Source of the DNA: Isurus oxyrinchus | Lineage: Eukaryota | Assembly (NCBI GenBank): GCA_026770705.1 | Contig: JANJGN010000008.1 | Coordinates: forward strand, 72,292,001 to 72,356,000 | Reading direction: 5' to 3' | DNA length: 64,000 nucleotides | Part shown: piece by piece, positions 10,070 to 23,032 of the stretch | Layout of the letters: every line of letters starts with the position of its first letter | How positions within the stretch are numbered: the stretch's first letter is position 1 | Position numbers and translations under genes: made by a program | Notes under the pieces: generated by a model | What the model saw: only the letters and a program-made list of their open reading frames with translations | What the model was told of the DNA's origin: nothing | Database searches by the model: none

Positions 10070-13000
10070 TGTTGAGGGAAAGCCAGAGGAGGAGGGAAGG
10101 CTGCAGGGTGTGGCCCAGGAGCAGGGCAGACTGCAGGGTAGGACAGTGGGGGGGGGGGGGGGGGGGGGCAATGTGCCCATTGCTTTTCTGATGATTTCTT
10201 TGCTGCCCTTCTCGAGGAGGTGGCAGCACAGCGGGAGGTGCTGTTTCCCCAGGATGGGAGGAGGAGGCCCCCCCCACATGATGAAGTGTACCTGGGAGGA
10301 GGTGGCAGAGGTGGTGAGCTCCTGCGACGTGGTGCGGCGCACCTGGATCCAGTGCCATAAGCGCTTCAACAATTTGTTGCGCTCTGCAAGGGTGAATGCC
10401 ATGTTGGTGTTGGGCATTTAACCTTAGCCTTTGAGGGCCAACCCCCCCTCCACCAAGTCTTAGTGTCGTGACTACGTTGAATCATGTTGGGCATTTATCG
10501 CATGCTGGGTGGGCAAGCAGATAGTGCCCATGATTACATCAGCCTTATTGGTTGATGAGAAGATGGGTTCTCCCCAAACTATGTGTTGGTCTTAGTTGGA
10601 CATAACTAGTCTGGGAGCAACCTGCAGGAGATGGAACTAGGCGCATACTCAGAACTCCAACACATGTCCTATTCATGGCGATGAGATTGTGGAAGGGGAG
10701 CCTCAAGGTGTTGTGGTCAAGAGCCATCTGATGCTCTTGGTGCCGCACCTAGTTGTGCCTCCTTGCTATGGGAGCTAAGACCATGTGTTTCTGAAAGCAA
10801 TGGATGCAGAATGTTTCCAAGGTGGCCGTTGAGGAGTGGGGCTGGGAGCAGTCGTACAATATTTTTGTGACTGATCAGCAGCAACGTGGAGAGGAGGCAC
10901 TCGAGGCCTGATATGGGCCGCTGTGGTTAGGGTGCAGCGTGCGCATGCAGAGTACATGTGCGATTAGCCCCAATGAATGGTCTTCTCTGTTTTGCAGGAG
11001 AAAAATGCACACAATGCTTATGAGTGTTTGTGCACTGGAGGCAGCCAGGCCCAGTTGGTGATATTGAACCATTTTGAGCAGGAGGCCCTGGAGTTTGAAA
11101 CGCGCCCAGGTCCACAGGTGTCAGTGAGGCTGGGGTGCAGTGGCCAGGTATTTGAGGTCCGCAGTCACATCCACTCTGTCTTCCCACCGTCTAAAGCACT
11201 GATGATTGTTGGAATCGTTAATGTAGCAACACTGCTCATTCACAGACTGATAGAGTCAGAGGTGTGGGTTATAGACAAAGGTCCCTCGGCCCTTCGAAGA
11301 TGTGCGTGTCCAGCACCTTCCAAAGCCGCCTTATCCCATTTCTGACCACTATCCCCATGGCGTTGTATGCCACGGCATCGCAACTTCACATCCAAATACT
11401 TATTACATGTTAGGAGGGTTTCTGCATCCACCACCTTTTCAGGCAGTGCGTCCCACATTACTGTGTGCAAGAGTTCCTCCACACCTCACCTGTCAACCTC
11501 ATACCCCTTAACTTAAATCAATGCCACCAGGTTACTCATCCCTCTGCCAAGGGCAAAAGTTACTTTCTGTCCACTCTATCTATGCCTCTCTTAATGTTAT
11601 GAAGCTCAGTAATGTCACCCCTCAATCTCCTGTGCTGCACGGCAAATATCCCCAGTCTATGCTATGTGTCCTCATAACTTCAACTCTCCAGCCCTGCATG
11701 CATCCTGGTCAGTGACCTTTGCACTCTCTCCACTCCAATCACACACCTCCCATGAAGCATGATCACAACTGCACACAGAACTATAGCTGCGGCCTAGGCA
11801 GCGTTTTCTGCACTTGCAACATGACCTCCCTATTCCTACATTCTATTCCTCGGCTAATAAAGGCAAGTATGCCATTTACCTTCTTAAATGCCTTATGTAC
11901 CTGTCCTTCTACCTTAATGGGCCTGTCGACATGCCCAGCAAGGTCCCTTTAATCCTCCTTACTTTCCACAGTCCTACCATTCCTTGTGTATTCCCGTATC
12001 TTGTTTGTCCTGTCCAAGTGCATCACCTCACACTTATCCACGTAACATTCCATTTGGCATTCCTTAGGCCATATGACCAGCCCATCTGTATCTGCCTGTA
12101 CTGTTTGGGCTTCCTCCTGACTATTTGCCGCCCCACCAATGTTCGTCTCCTTAGGTTCTGGAAGGTTGAGCGCATAATGACCCTGGGGGAAAGGGATGAA
12201 GTGTGTCGCTGTATGGACACTGATCCATTGTCCTTGAAGTTATTTTCAGCACCATCAGAGGCTGGCGACCAGGCTCCATTACAGATGCTCCCTCTCACAC
12301 CTGAGGGCCGTGAACTGTCTCCTGCGTCACACCATTTCTGCCAGGCAGGCACCAGCGCAAATACTAGCACTTCGGTGGGAATTGCAGCATCGGCTGGTGT
12401 CCTGGGGCATGGTGGAGAGGGCACTTCACAATCACTGGAGGAGATGGCAAAGACAGAGAGTGCCAATGGCGCCAGCAGCCAGAGGACTGCAGGGGACCAG
12501 GGACATGCTGAGTCAGGGTGTGATGATGTGCCTGTGGAGTTGTCCGCGACGCAGCAGCTGCAGGAAATGCGGCCTGGTGTGCGGGAGCATCTGGGAGTGT
12601 TGCATGAGACCATGCTTCGCTTGGTGTCCGTCGTGGAGGAGTCCACGCGCAGCATGAGTGATGCCATGAGCCTCATGTCAGAGCGTCATGCTTCCTCCAT
12701 GGAGAGAAGGGCTTCCAGGAGAACAAGCAGCTTCTCCTGGGGATATGCTCGGACCTGCAAGTCCTCACAGCGCCAGTGGCCACAGCTGGTCATTGGTAAT
12801 GTGGGAGATGGTTTGGGCAACAAGTTTCCCAGCTCGGTGTCCATCCATCATTGGCGAGCAGGGAGGTCCGAAGCAACTTTACGTCAGCGCAGCAGCTGCC
12901 TGTCATCTCTGCAGGCTCCTCTCAGGGCGCTACGGATGAGGGCAGCAGCTCCTCCGCCCCCCTGCCAGTGACTGTTGCATCCGTTGAGGCTGCAACGACT

Positions 13001-13195
13001 GGGGGGCTGCCAGCTGTGGAACTGGCCACTCCCTCCCAGGCGGGGCCAGCACAGGCTCCATGGGCCAGAGGACGTCTGCCAAGGTCATCGAAGCCACCAG
13101 GACAGCAGAATCAGCAGGCTGTCTCAGATACCACTCCAAGCGATGGGGCGGCACCAAAATGTAGCACCCGTAAACATAAGCATAAGATACCTTAG
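10070..13195 (+). pseudogene. Harbinger Myb/SANT-like DNA-binding protein gene, spliced (exons ~10070-10391, 10998-11147, 12155-12200, 12250-13195)
   Basis: FSDDFFAALLEEVAAQREVLFP..WEEVAEVVSSCDVVRRTWIQCHKRFNNLLRSAR|GT..TTTGCAG|EKNAHN..TGG; GT-AG boundaries; several frameshifts. Start position approximate. Confidence 0.75.
11243..12140 (-). mobile_element. CR1-type LINE 3' fragment nested in intron 2 of the Harbinger Myb gene
   Basis: ORF 11240-11482 VMWDALPEKVVDAETLLTCNKYLD is the CR1 ORF2 C-terminus; WNVTW-like RT remnants further on. Confidence 0.75.
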
Positions 13196-13539
13196 GCACA
13201 CCACGGGTTTCTCACTGGTGCTTTTGTGTTGGCCCTAGATTGGGGAATTATTATTTATTGCTGTTGTAAAAATGTTTTGCTTTCATTTTTTTGCACCATA
13301 TCATGGATTAAATTCAATTAAATTAAAGATGTGTTATCATGGCTGAGGGTGGCTCCTTTGTTCTGCATTTGTATGTTTTACAGACATGTCATGTGTGTTT
13401 GAGTGGACATTGAGGTTCATGTCCAAAGCCCTTAGTTGCAGCTGATGAAGTGGCAGATGTAGCACTTAAGTGCTGCGTATGGAAGTGCCAGGCAAGCTGG
13501 TCCTCCTGATCCATTTGTGTGGAGCTAGCTGAAGGTTCA

Positions 13540-14728
13540 TTGGCTTAAAGTCTCCCAGGTGTCCCTGCCTCCTTGGTGTAGTCCCGGGTCAGCATTCAGC
13601 TCCTCATCATTGCCCTCTGCTTCTCATCCTCTGAATCAATGCTGGACGCATTGTGTGCAGCTGCATCCACTGGGTCAACGTCTTCACCATCCACTGCATC
13701 CCCACTTTTCAGCGCAAGATTGTGCAGAGCACAGCATGCAACCACTATCACTGAGACATGATCTGGGGCGTACTGGAGTGCACCCCCTGAGTGGTCCAGG
13801 CATCGGAATGCATCTTGAGAAGACTGATGGTTCTCTCCACCACAGCTCTTGTGGAGGCATGGCTCCTATTATAGCGCTGCTCAACTTCTGTTCTTGGATG
13901 GCAGAGAGGTGTCATGAGCCGCCTTTTGAGGAGATAGCCCTTGTCACCCAGCAGCCATTCATCAAGTGAGCCAGAGCACTGAAGAGCTCCGGCACCTGGG
14001 AGTGTCTGAGGATGTAGGTGTCATGGGAGCTGCCTGTGTACCTTGCACAGTCTTGTAGAATCTGCATCCTGTGTTCACACACTATCTGCACTTTCATGGA
14101 GTGGAAGCCCTTCCTGTTGAGAAAGGCACCGGGCTCACCCGCTGGCACCTTGATGGCCACACGTCTGCAGTCTATTGCACCCTGGACTTGGGGGAAGCCT
14201 GCAATGGCCGCGAAGCCTCTGGCTCGCTGTGCCTGACTTGCTTGGTCGCAGCGGATGTGGATGAAGGTCAATGCACACCTGATAGGAGTGACTGTGACCT
14301 GCTTGACACAAGTGTGGACAGCTGATTGGGAGACACCACAAAGATCACCCACTGAACCTGGAAGGAGCCAGGGGCATAGAAGTTGAGGGCAACTGTGACC
14401 TTCAGAGCCGCTGGCATGGGGTGTCCACCCACACTTAGGAGAGATCTCATGGCCAATCATCTGACAGATATTGTTGATTGTCTCCCTCGACAGTCGGAGC
14501 CTCCTTCGGCACTGCACCTCAGTCATATTGAGGTAGCTGCTTCGCCGTCTGTATACCCTGGCAGCAGGATAATGGTGTCTTCTGTGGCCCCTTCCATCTT
14601 GGACTACCTCTTGGCCCTGTGCCCCTTATGCCTGCGCCTGTACTCTCAAAGGTGGCTCCACTGGAGGCTGATTGTGCACTCCTGGCCTCCTCAGATGAGC
14701 TGCCTCCAGTAGACATGTCAGAACCCAT
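13540..14728 (-). pseudogene. Harbinger (HARBI1-like) DDE transposase, frameshifted
   Basis: [93 protein letters not shown] across frames. Confidence 0.92.
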
Positions 14729-16059
14729 ACCCAGGCTAAAGGGAGGCCTCTGGAAAGCTGCAGGCCCAATAAAGTTTCCTGACTGAATAGTATTGAACTG
14801 AAGGTAAAAAGTACACAGAAAGCTGCTGGAATTCGTTCTGAACTGCTACAGATCACACAGACATGTTTAAAAACATTTCTGCAATAAATACTTCACAGAC
14901 CAGATTGACAACCCCACTGAGCCCATCTTATCCCACCTGTGGATGATTTTATTAAAAAGTCGCTACCTGCCTGCCCGTAGTGCCCGTGCGCCGAGCTGAA
15001 GATTGCACGAGCGCTTGTAAACCGGCATTGATTGCTGAGTTAAGGGCCTTAACTGGCCCGTTAATTAATGGCGGGTGCTTGTTGCACTTCATCGTGCGCT
15101 CGCCCAGCGAAATATCACCGTGTATCATTTTACTCGCTGACAAGCAGGGGGCTCACCCCCCGCACATCACCCTGAAAATTCTGCCCCGCGTTTTATTCAA
15201 TGTATAAGATTCCATTGTTCCATCTGTAGAGAAGGAGCTGAACAAGTATCCAGGCCAACCTTCAACCTTGAACGAGCATCACCAGAATGGATTAATTGGG
15301 CATTTGGTTTTTGTGCTCATTGGCTTATTCATTTGTCTACACAACAGTGACTATACATCAAAACTATTTCAATAATTGTGAAGTAATTTAAAAGGTCTAT
15401 AAATTGCAAATTCTTTGTTTCTTTGCATATCCGAATCAGATAAAGTTGATTATCACCTCATGCGGGATAACCTAATTCAACAGTTCTCTGGCCAAATCTC
15501 CTCTAAACTGTGATGCAAATATTTACAAGGAAGCGTTTCCGCAACTCTTGGTTCCACAACCCTTGTTTCAAATTTCTCCTCTTCTCCACTTCCTTAATAC
15601 CATTAGAAAAGTTGCAAGTAAATTTATTTGAACAATAAATCAGATTGAAGGTCAGTTCTTGCAGTTCTTGCATTTTATCTGTACAGCTTGGATATGTGGC
15701 AATGTGGGAGTAAATTTCTTTGAACTGCAGTTGGAATTGTATGATATGGGTGACGTACTATTTAAGAGTTTTATGTGAGTTAACCACTTAGAATAGATTT
15801 CTCCAAGGTCAAGAACTTGAAGATATAGGATGTTATAAAAAAGTATGTATTTAACTATTCTCATATCAATAGCTGCTGGTCATGACTGGGATCAATGCCT
15901 CCTCACCTAAATAAAATTAGATGGAGCACTTTAATATATGCATTGGAGAGGATTCAGAGAATCGAATTGAGCTAAGTGGGTAATTCTTTAACTCCAAACA
16001 TTTTCTCAATAAATCCCAGTAGGGAATAGCCTATGCTAACCTACAACAGGGATTGGACA

Positions 16060-17070
16060 ACATCAAAACTTGAGTTGGTAAATGGGAGTTACATTTGTAC
16101 TAACGTAACAAATTAGTTACATTAAATAATTAAGTACTAAGCAATGACCATTTCCAACCAGACAAAAACTAACCGTCTTCCCTCTTTTGTCCAGCTTTGG
16201 CCTTCAACGGCACCACCATGGCTGTGTCCTCCACCATCAACATCTTGGAGATCAGCATTGATAAGGAACTTAATCAGACTAGCTACATCAATATAATAAT
16301 AGTCAGGTTAGAGGTTGGTTGACAAATGGCTTGCCCCCTTAACTCTAAAAGCCACTTTCCCGTTTACAAGGCTTAAGTCTGGTGTTTTTTAAAATTCATT
16401 CAAGGGATGTGGGCGTCGCTGCCTAGGCCAGCATTTATTGCCCATCCTTAATTGCCCTGTTCAGAGGGCATTTAAGAGTCAACCACATTGCTGTGGGTCT
16501 GGAGTCACATGTAGGCCAAACCAGATAAGGGCAGCAGATTTCCTTCCCTAAAGGACATTAGTGAACCAGATGGGTTTTTATGATAATCAATGGTTTCATG
16601 GTCATCATAAGTCTTTTAATTCCAGATTTTTATTGAATTCAAATTTCACCATCTGCTGTGGTGGGATTTGAACTTGGGTCCCTGGAGCATTACCCTGAGT
16701 CTGTGGAATACAATACCACTATGCCACTGCCTCCCTGATGTAATAATCAGCATACACTTGAATGGAAACAATGCAGCAACAGCTCATGAATGTTAACACC
16801 ATCCACGACAGAGTAGTTAGCTTGACTACTCTGCCATTACATTCAATATTCACTTCCGTCAATGCGCTGTAACTGAAACATGTGCTGCATACAGACTACA
16901 CTGCAATAGCTCACTAAGCTAACTTCACTAGTACCTCCCAGCTCTGTGACCTGTACCACCAAGAAGGGTGACCTACAATTTCATGGGAACATTATCACCT
17001 CCAGGTTGGCTCTCCAAGTCACACACCATCCTGCTTCAGACATATATCCCATTCCTTCATTTTTACTTTA
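16060..17070 (+). mobile_element. Old LINE RT/3' fragment, interrupted by a SINE
   Basis: GCAATGACCATTTCCAAC..CACCATCAACATCTTGGAG..CCAAGTCACACACCATCCTG segments typical of a LINE ORF2 tail; clade not certain. Confidence 0.5.
16385..16735 (-). mobile_element. HE1-like tRNA-derived SINE
   Basis: Reverse strand begins GGGAGGCAGTGGCATAGTGG, has a GTTCAAATCCC B-box and ends ..GGATGGGCAATAAATGCTGGCCTAGG..CCCACATCCC..GAATTTTAAAAAA. Confidence 0.75.
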
Positions 17071-17519
17071 TCAGTGTTCTCTAAATTGATCATTTTACTG
17101 CAGCTCCGACAGGGGAAATGTCTTGACACCCTTGGTAATAACTTAACAATTGAAAGGAACAAGTAGCGGTAATGAGACAGAAATACATTTTAACTTAGAC
17201 CTCTTTACAGGAGTGATCTCTGATAATCAGTTGTGTCTGTTGCCTATTAGAACTGAGGTCATGGAAAAATCAAATATAACACAAACAAAATTGAAATAAC
17301 GTATTCGGGAATCTGGGCCATCAGTGAGTTTATTCTGTAACACTGTTTTTGCCTTAAATTACTAGCACAATCATTATCTTTGCTTTATTCATTAACTTCT
17401 CAATAAGTATCTGCTGTTCTTAATGGTTTGAATATAGTTGGTTTCTTTAACTCACGTGGATGCTACACCAGGGCTCACGTTTGCCATTATTTTCTGTTTT
17501 AATTTCATTTGTGCTGGAG

Positions 17520-17870
17520 GTCAGAGGAGGCACTATAAACCAAATGGTATAATTTTAAATGGAGGTGCAAGAACCAAGAAACCTGGTGGTTCACATATAA
17601 AAGTCTTTGAAGGTGGCAAGAGAAGTTGATGATCCATATGTGATTAGTGGCTTAATAAACAGATGAAAAGAATACTAAAGCAAGAAGATTGTGCTACATC
17701 TTTATAAGTTACTGGTTAGGCTTCAGCTGGAGTATTGTGTCCAATTCTGGGCACCATACTTTAGGAAGGATGCTAAGGTCTTCTAGAAAGGGTGTAGAGG
17801 AGAGTTACTAGTGTAGTAACAGTGATGAAGGATCCAAGTTCTGTGGAAAGACTAGAGTACTTGTCAACTG
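17520..17870 (+). mobile_element. CR1 RT fragment
   Basis: CTTTATAAGTTACTGGTTAGGCTTCAGCTGGAGTATTGTGTCCAATTCTGGGCACCATAC = LYKLLVRLQLEYCVQFWAP. Confidence 0.75.
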
Positions 17871-18793
17871 GGTTATACTGACAATGGGCTACAAGGCAGT
17901 AGAGGCCAACAATAGCCAGGGATGGAAGTGAGTGCAGAGGATCAGTGTCCACATAGGATGGGCTGCTGGTAAGAGCACACCGGAGGTCTACTGGGAGAAT
18001 GGTAAGAGAGAGCAGCATCTTTTGTGGACAGGAGTAAAGGCATACCTCAAACGGGAACTGCACAAGTCTGAACAGTCAAACCATGTGGCTGGATCAGTAG
18101 CTGCAGTGGCAAAAATACCAACAGGCAGTCGGCAAATAGTCTCTCTGAGATGGACTACAGCAAGAGTTCAAAAGTAATGCGGCAGCATTATTGAGCAAAG
18201 TTAGATGTTAATTCAATTAGGTTACGGCATTCCATTGCATCAGTACAGAGGGGCTGCCATGTAATGTTGGCTGAGCCTTGCTTTACTTTATAAGTTACCT
18301 AATACGTTCACAGTGCCACTTATGGGCGCACTAGGGTTAGAATTTTGAGACCGCTCATCATTTTTAATAATGCTTTGCAGCAAAGAAAAGTCTCACCAAA
18401 AATGTTGAGTTTATTCAGTCTTTCCACATTTAACATAAATGTTTTGCTCTAAGCTCCAGATCGCAAATGAATATCAAGGTAACACTGTTGGATTGGTGGG
18501 AGTAATGACCTGCACTGATCTGCTCCCACATCCAATGGTGCTCTCTACAAACGCTGTCAGCCATTGATTGTGTGGCTTTATACCAAATTGTTTGCAAAAT
18601 TCCTGTTTGCTACAAAACATTAGCAAGTTGGAATTTTAAAACCATCCACTCCTCCTTTCAGTCAACCTTGTTTGATTAACCTGGATTTGTACTCAGGTTG
18701 CCTGTGCATAAATACAAAGTAGTTCTGATGTAGAAGTATTAATGAAGAAGCATTGTGACTATGATTATTAGCTGAAGACACTTTTTCCCCAAG

Positions 18794-18949
18794 ATTTAGA
18801 CTTTAGTAAACAGATCCAAATGCCGATGCAGAGTAGCCAACCTGCATTTCCGTCTAAACCGAAGCCTGCTTTTGGGATGTGTTCAAATGGAGAAAAAAGT
18901 TGCACTTTACACAAACCTAGCTTCCAACAAAACTACACTCCTGGCCAAA
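18794..18949 (+). CDS. Candidate internal host exon, 156 nt, phase 1-1
   Basis: CTTTTTCCCCAAG acceptor, open frame (D)LDFSKQIQMPMQSSQPAFPSKPKPAFGMCSNGEKSCTLHKPSFQQNYTPGQ, weak donor AAA|GTATTG, three CpGs retained in apparently non-repetitive sequence. Protein not recognised. Confidence 0.25.
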
Positions 18950-20134
18950 GTATTGTGTAGCAATGTGGTTTAATCTGGGTTAGTTCGGCTTACTTTCTTT
19001 TAGATGAAATTTTTGTTAAGTTGATATACCCGAAGTTGGTTTATTGTTTTCATGGTATAACAATTTATTGTAATTTTAGTTTGTTATTAGTTTATATATG
19101 TTTTCAAATGGAACTTGCATGAAGGCATTTGATTCGGGAAGTAAACTTGCTCTGGCAATTCTCTAGAAAAGTGAGAGCAGCAATTTCATTGATACTGGGC
19201 CTGTCAGAGGCACCATTATGTATGCTGATTTCAGCAGATTTGAAATCCTGCTGGTCCTGAAATGGCGGCGAATTTAAATCGACTAATTTAAATGCATTTT
19301 CTGTTTTTGTTTCATATTTTCTGAAACTGTAGTATTTTGTTTTCTTATATTGCGATTTTCAATCTGATCATGCCCAGTTATGAAATTAAATTCTAAGAGG
19401 CCTAATACCAGCCAAAATAACCAAGAAAACTGGATTGTCATAAAAATTCAACTGGCTCATTAATATGCTTCAGGAAAGAGAACCTGTTACTAGCACCTGT
19501 CTGGCCCACATTCTACTCTCAAATTAGGTGGTTGGTTTCTAATACCCTCTGAGGAGGTCTAGCAAGTCACTTAGTTGTGCAAGCAATTACTTCAAGAAGG
19601 TGGGCGGAATTTTCTGTGCACACTGGGGTCAGGCGTGTTCAGAGGTTTGAGCAGACAATATGGCAAGAAGGCCAAAAATTGATTTCATAGTGTTGTGAAA
19701 CCAGTTTGCAATCCTTCGCTCCGCCCGTCAGTGGTGGCTGCATTTCCCACTGTTGGACATCGGGAACCTCATTGTACTACATCTGCATGTCATTATAAGG
19801 CCAGCCTGCCGGAATCATCCCTCCACACTGGATCATCCACTCACGCCAGCATGATTGCATGCTGGTGCAGAACATATCTTGACAAGCATGGTGTGCAGAA
19901 GTTGGGACTTACCGCCAGGGCATTGCTCACATGGCGGAAATCTAAGGAGCAGAAGCTGTTGGAGCCCGATAGCAATGGCAGACTGGAGGAACGTCCATGG
20001 CACGCTGGTGGATTCTCATGGACATGACACAGCTGCGAAGCAGCAGAAGTTGGAAAGCCACCGTTGAGGGTCTGCTCACGATGATGGTCGAGGTGGTGGA
20101 CAGGAAAGTCCAGCTGTGTTTTGGAGAGGAAGGT

Positions 20135-20900
20135 TTACTGGGGGGTGGGAGAGGAAGATCTAGGATCGATTGGGAGGGGAAGAGGTGTCGGGGGGCAGGG
20201 GGTGTTGATGTTGGGCAGGGGGAGCAAAGGTGTTGGTGGGCAGGAAGGGGTCCGGGGGGGGGGGTGAGTTGCTGTTGGAGGGGGGTTGGTGGGTGGAGAA
20301 GAGGGAGTGCAGGGGTGGGGGGAGGTGTGGGGGTAAGGGGAGGAAGGAGTCCGAGTGGGGGTACAGGGGGAGGACGGAGTCAGGGTGGAGTAAGTAGTAA
20401 GGGTCTGAAGGGGGCAGGAAGGGGGAGGCACTGCGAGGGGGATCTCCGGAGGAGAGGGATGTCCAGGTGAACTTGCAAGGCTGGGCTCTGATAAGTCCTT
20501 GGCTACCTTCTGGGGAGCGAACTGAGGGTGGGCGTGGTGTGAGGGAACGGTGAGAATGACTGAGGACAGAGCCAGGTGGTAGGATGGGAGGGTAAGGGTA
20601 TGATGGTATTGGTAGAAGGGATGGTGAAGCTGGTTGGTGGGTCTAGGAGGCAGAAACTGGCCTGGCGGGAGGTGGGGGGTAGGGGGTGGGAAGGAGGAGA
20701 TTGGGGAGGTTAATGTGGATGGGGATGGGATTTTCGGGAAAGAAGGGAACGTGCATGTTAGCCTGGATGTCTCTGAAGGAAAAGGTCTGTGGCTGGTAGG
20801 GGAGGTGGAAGGTGATGCCAAGGGGGTCAAAAGTCATGGGGGAGAGGAAATGGCTGACTGGGGGAGGGGAAAGGACAGGGGTAGCGAAAGATTAATCTGT
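20135..20900 (+). repeat. G/purine-rich low-complexity tract
   Basis: Dense GGG+ runs on the + strand with very few C. Confidence 0.8.
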
Positions 20901-21297
20901 ATTACTACCATGCTGGTTAAATCGAGAGTGAAATGAGAGTTGTTGTGGGCGAGATCAGGTGCTGCATGGGGGTGTGATCAGTGGGTGGGTGGAGATGCAG
21001 GTCAGCTCAGATGAACAACTGAAAGAGAACCCCAGCAGACAGCATTGAAAAAGCTCAGGATGTGTGTACTGTGGGAAGAATCGGCACATGCTTGCATGAG
21101 GCTTTGAAAGGCTCTGCCACACACACACACATGCACACACACACATTTCCCTCCGACTGGGTGTAGCTGAACTGCTAGTTGGGGTGGGGGGTAATGCAGT
21201 GGGAGGACTTGTGAAGCCTGTCAATGATTCAGTGAAAGTGAATATATTTCCAGATTGTAAAGTGACAAAATGTGTTCACCCATGCAACCAACTGTGA

Positions 21298-23032
21298 TCA
21301 GAATTTCTTAACTTTTGAATGCCTTAGACACTTGGTTACTGCCCTGACATCCACAGCAGGAGTGGAGACAGCCTGTGCAATGGTTGGCCCTGTTACATCT
21401 GATGCCTCTGGCATGGTTCCTCTAGAGAGCTGAGGCCTTGGGGGGCCCTGACTTGCTTTGGCTGTCCTCCTGTGGGCCAACTGCTCCCTCTGCAGCGACA
21501 GAGGGTGAGGTTGAGAGGGTCACAGACAAAAGGAACTCAGAGAGAGTGGTCAGCCTCTGAGATTGAGCGGATGACCCAGAGGTGTCCAGCTGCTGCTCCT
21601 TCCTTCAGATGCCCAAGGGCCCCGGCCTGACTCCTTGAGGGGAAGGAGCACCTGGGGGATGTCAAGGTGCCCCATTCGCCTCTGGTGTTGCCATTGCAGC
21701 AGCTCACCCATGGTCCCCCGATGGAGTGCAGGTTTGCATGCATCCCCATGTTCTGCTGACCAGGGTCTCCATGGCTTCCACCATCCTCCCCATGGAGACC
21801 TCCATGCATGCACATATGGGCACATGTGGGCACAGCTTCATCAGAGAGCATGTGGATGCACTCCTCCGACTCGCGTGCCACAGTGTTGAGAGCTTCCAAC
21901 AGCTTTGTGTGATGTTACCCTGCCTTCTTTTGATTCTCCAGGATAAGTTGGAAGGCCAAATCCAGAGGCTGGTCATCTGATTCTGACCTCCCAGATGCCT
22001 TTTCTCTAGCAGTTCTCTGAGTGCTGGGGAGCTTGGCTGAACCTGCCTCCTCCTGCTGCAGGTACATGTCTGTGTAGTGACCACTAGATTGTGAACCCGA
22101 TCCTGCTCTAGATCTAGTTTCCATCAAGGTGTGTGTATCTGCACAGGTGGAGGGTGTGGGTAAGCGCTGTGATGGGTTTTCCAGGTTGCTTATTTCCAGC
22201 TCTTCAATGGAGGAGAATGTCCTCTTGTCTGGAGATGAGGACCTGAATGGAGCTGAGGGACTGGCTGGCTGAGGGTGTCAGTCCCTTGACAGAGCTCCCT
22301 GTGAACCAAAGTAGAGATAATTAGTGCATGGCAGCAGAGTCAAAAGCAGGAGAGAGAGCACTCAGCTGTATTGAGAGAGGGATGATGTGGTGCAGGATCC
22401 TTGCAAGGGTGTTCACCACCAACCTCGCAGTTGCTGCAGGCACAGTCCATGTCCTCACCAGTCAGCGTGATGGCACACTCCTCAAAGTGAGTGAGGTGCC
22501 TAATGTGGACCACTCCACTCTCCAGTCTGGGACCTCTCCCTGCTGTTGTAAGCCAGCTTTTCCTGCATTGAAAACAGAGTGTGAGCAGGACACATGGCAC
22601 TGCATGGAATGTCTGTGGTGAGTGGAGCCATGGACGGGATGAGGACACAAGCTCGCGAGGGTATGAGCCTGATGGAGGCGTGAGGGTGTGTGTGAGAGTT
22701 AGCGGTGTAGACCCTCGAGGTGAGATCCCTGTGGATGTGTGGTGGGTTTGTGAGTGTGTAAGTTGAGAGCCATGAGAAGAATGACTTACCCTGGTGGAAC
22801 AGATGAGATCATTCATCCTGTGGCGGCTCTAGGGTGGTTGTCCTCTTTTGCAGGGCATTGGCGCTGACCACTGCTGTCATCACCTCCCATGCTGGATGAG
22901 TGATGTTGCTGCCCTTCCTGCGGCCAGAGCAGGGGTAGAGGACTTCACTGCGTGCCTCCACTGTGTCCAAAAGGTGCTTGAGGGATGCGCCATTAAACCA
23001 GGGGACTGTAGTCTTCTTGCCTTTCAGGGCCT
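21298..23032 (-). pseudogene. Harbinger Myb/SANT-like gene, spliced (exon 1 ends 22790, exon 2 starts 22562, exon 3 starts 22298)
   Basis: KGKKTTVPWFNGASLKHLLDTVEAR..AWEVMTAVVSANA..RMNDLICSTR|GTAAG..TGCAG|EKLAYNSRERSQTG; first intron at the same position as in the 10070 gene. Confidence 0.75.

Larger units (their letters stand above)
9789..15186. mobile_element. PIF/Harbinger DNA transposon (two convergent genes), decayed
   Basis: Imperfect terminal inverted repeats (TIRs) GGCCAAAGTTTTC / GAAAATTCTGCCC; Myb/SANT gene on +, DDE transposase on -. Confidence 0.88.
9660..15420 (+). mobile_element. tRNA-derived Deu-domain (SacSINE1/AmnSINE-like) SINE split by a Harbinger insertion (halves ~9660-9788 and ~15187-15420)
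   Basis: GGCTCAGTGGTAGC head; GAGACATAAACCTGAGAC before the insertion; GTATAAGATTCCATTG..AGAAGGAGC..CCAGGCCAAC..CATCACCAGAATGGATTAATTGGGCATT after it, resembling the Deu core. Confidence 0.55.

Noticed and set aside
10148-10168. G21 run as a functional element
   Set aside because: Most simply a homopolymer expansion in a dead element; run length is also unreliable in assemblies.
11814-12971. 385-aa ORF as a novel gene
   Set aside because: Chimera of antisense CR1 sequence, intron and a Harbinger Myb exon; no coherent start.
13540-14728. Domesticated HARBI1 host gene
   Set aside because: Multiple frameshifts, TIRs and an adjacent Myb gene show it is a decayed transposon.
16660-16735. tRNA gene (A/B boxes; similar boxes at ~9663 and ~49175-49232)
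   Set aside because: Boxes are decayed and continue into SINE bodies; no full cloverleaf.
17940-18150. 81-aa ORF 17932-18177 as a gene
   Set aside because: At best a faint Myb/SANT-like relic; too degraded to support.
20135-20830. 231-aa proline-rich ORF
   Set aside because: By-product of a C-rich low-complexity strand with few stop codons.
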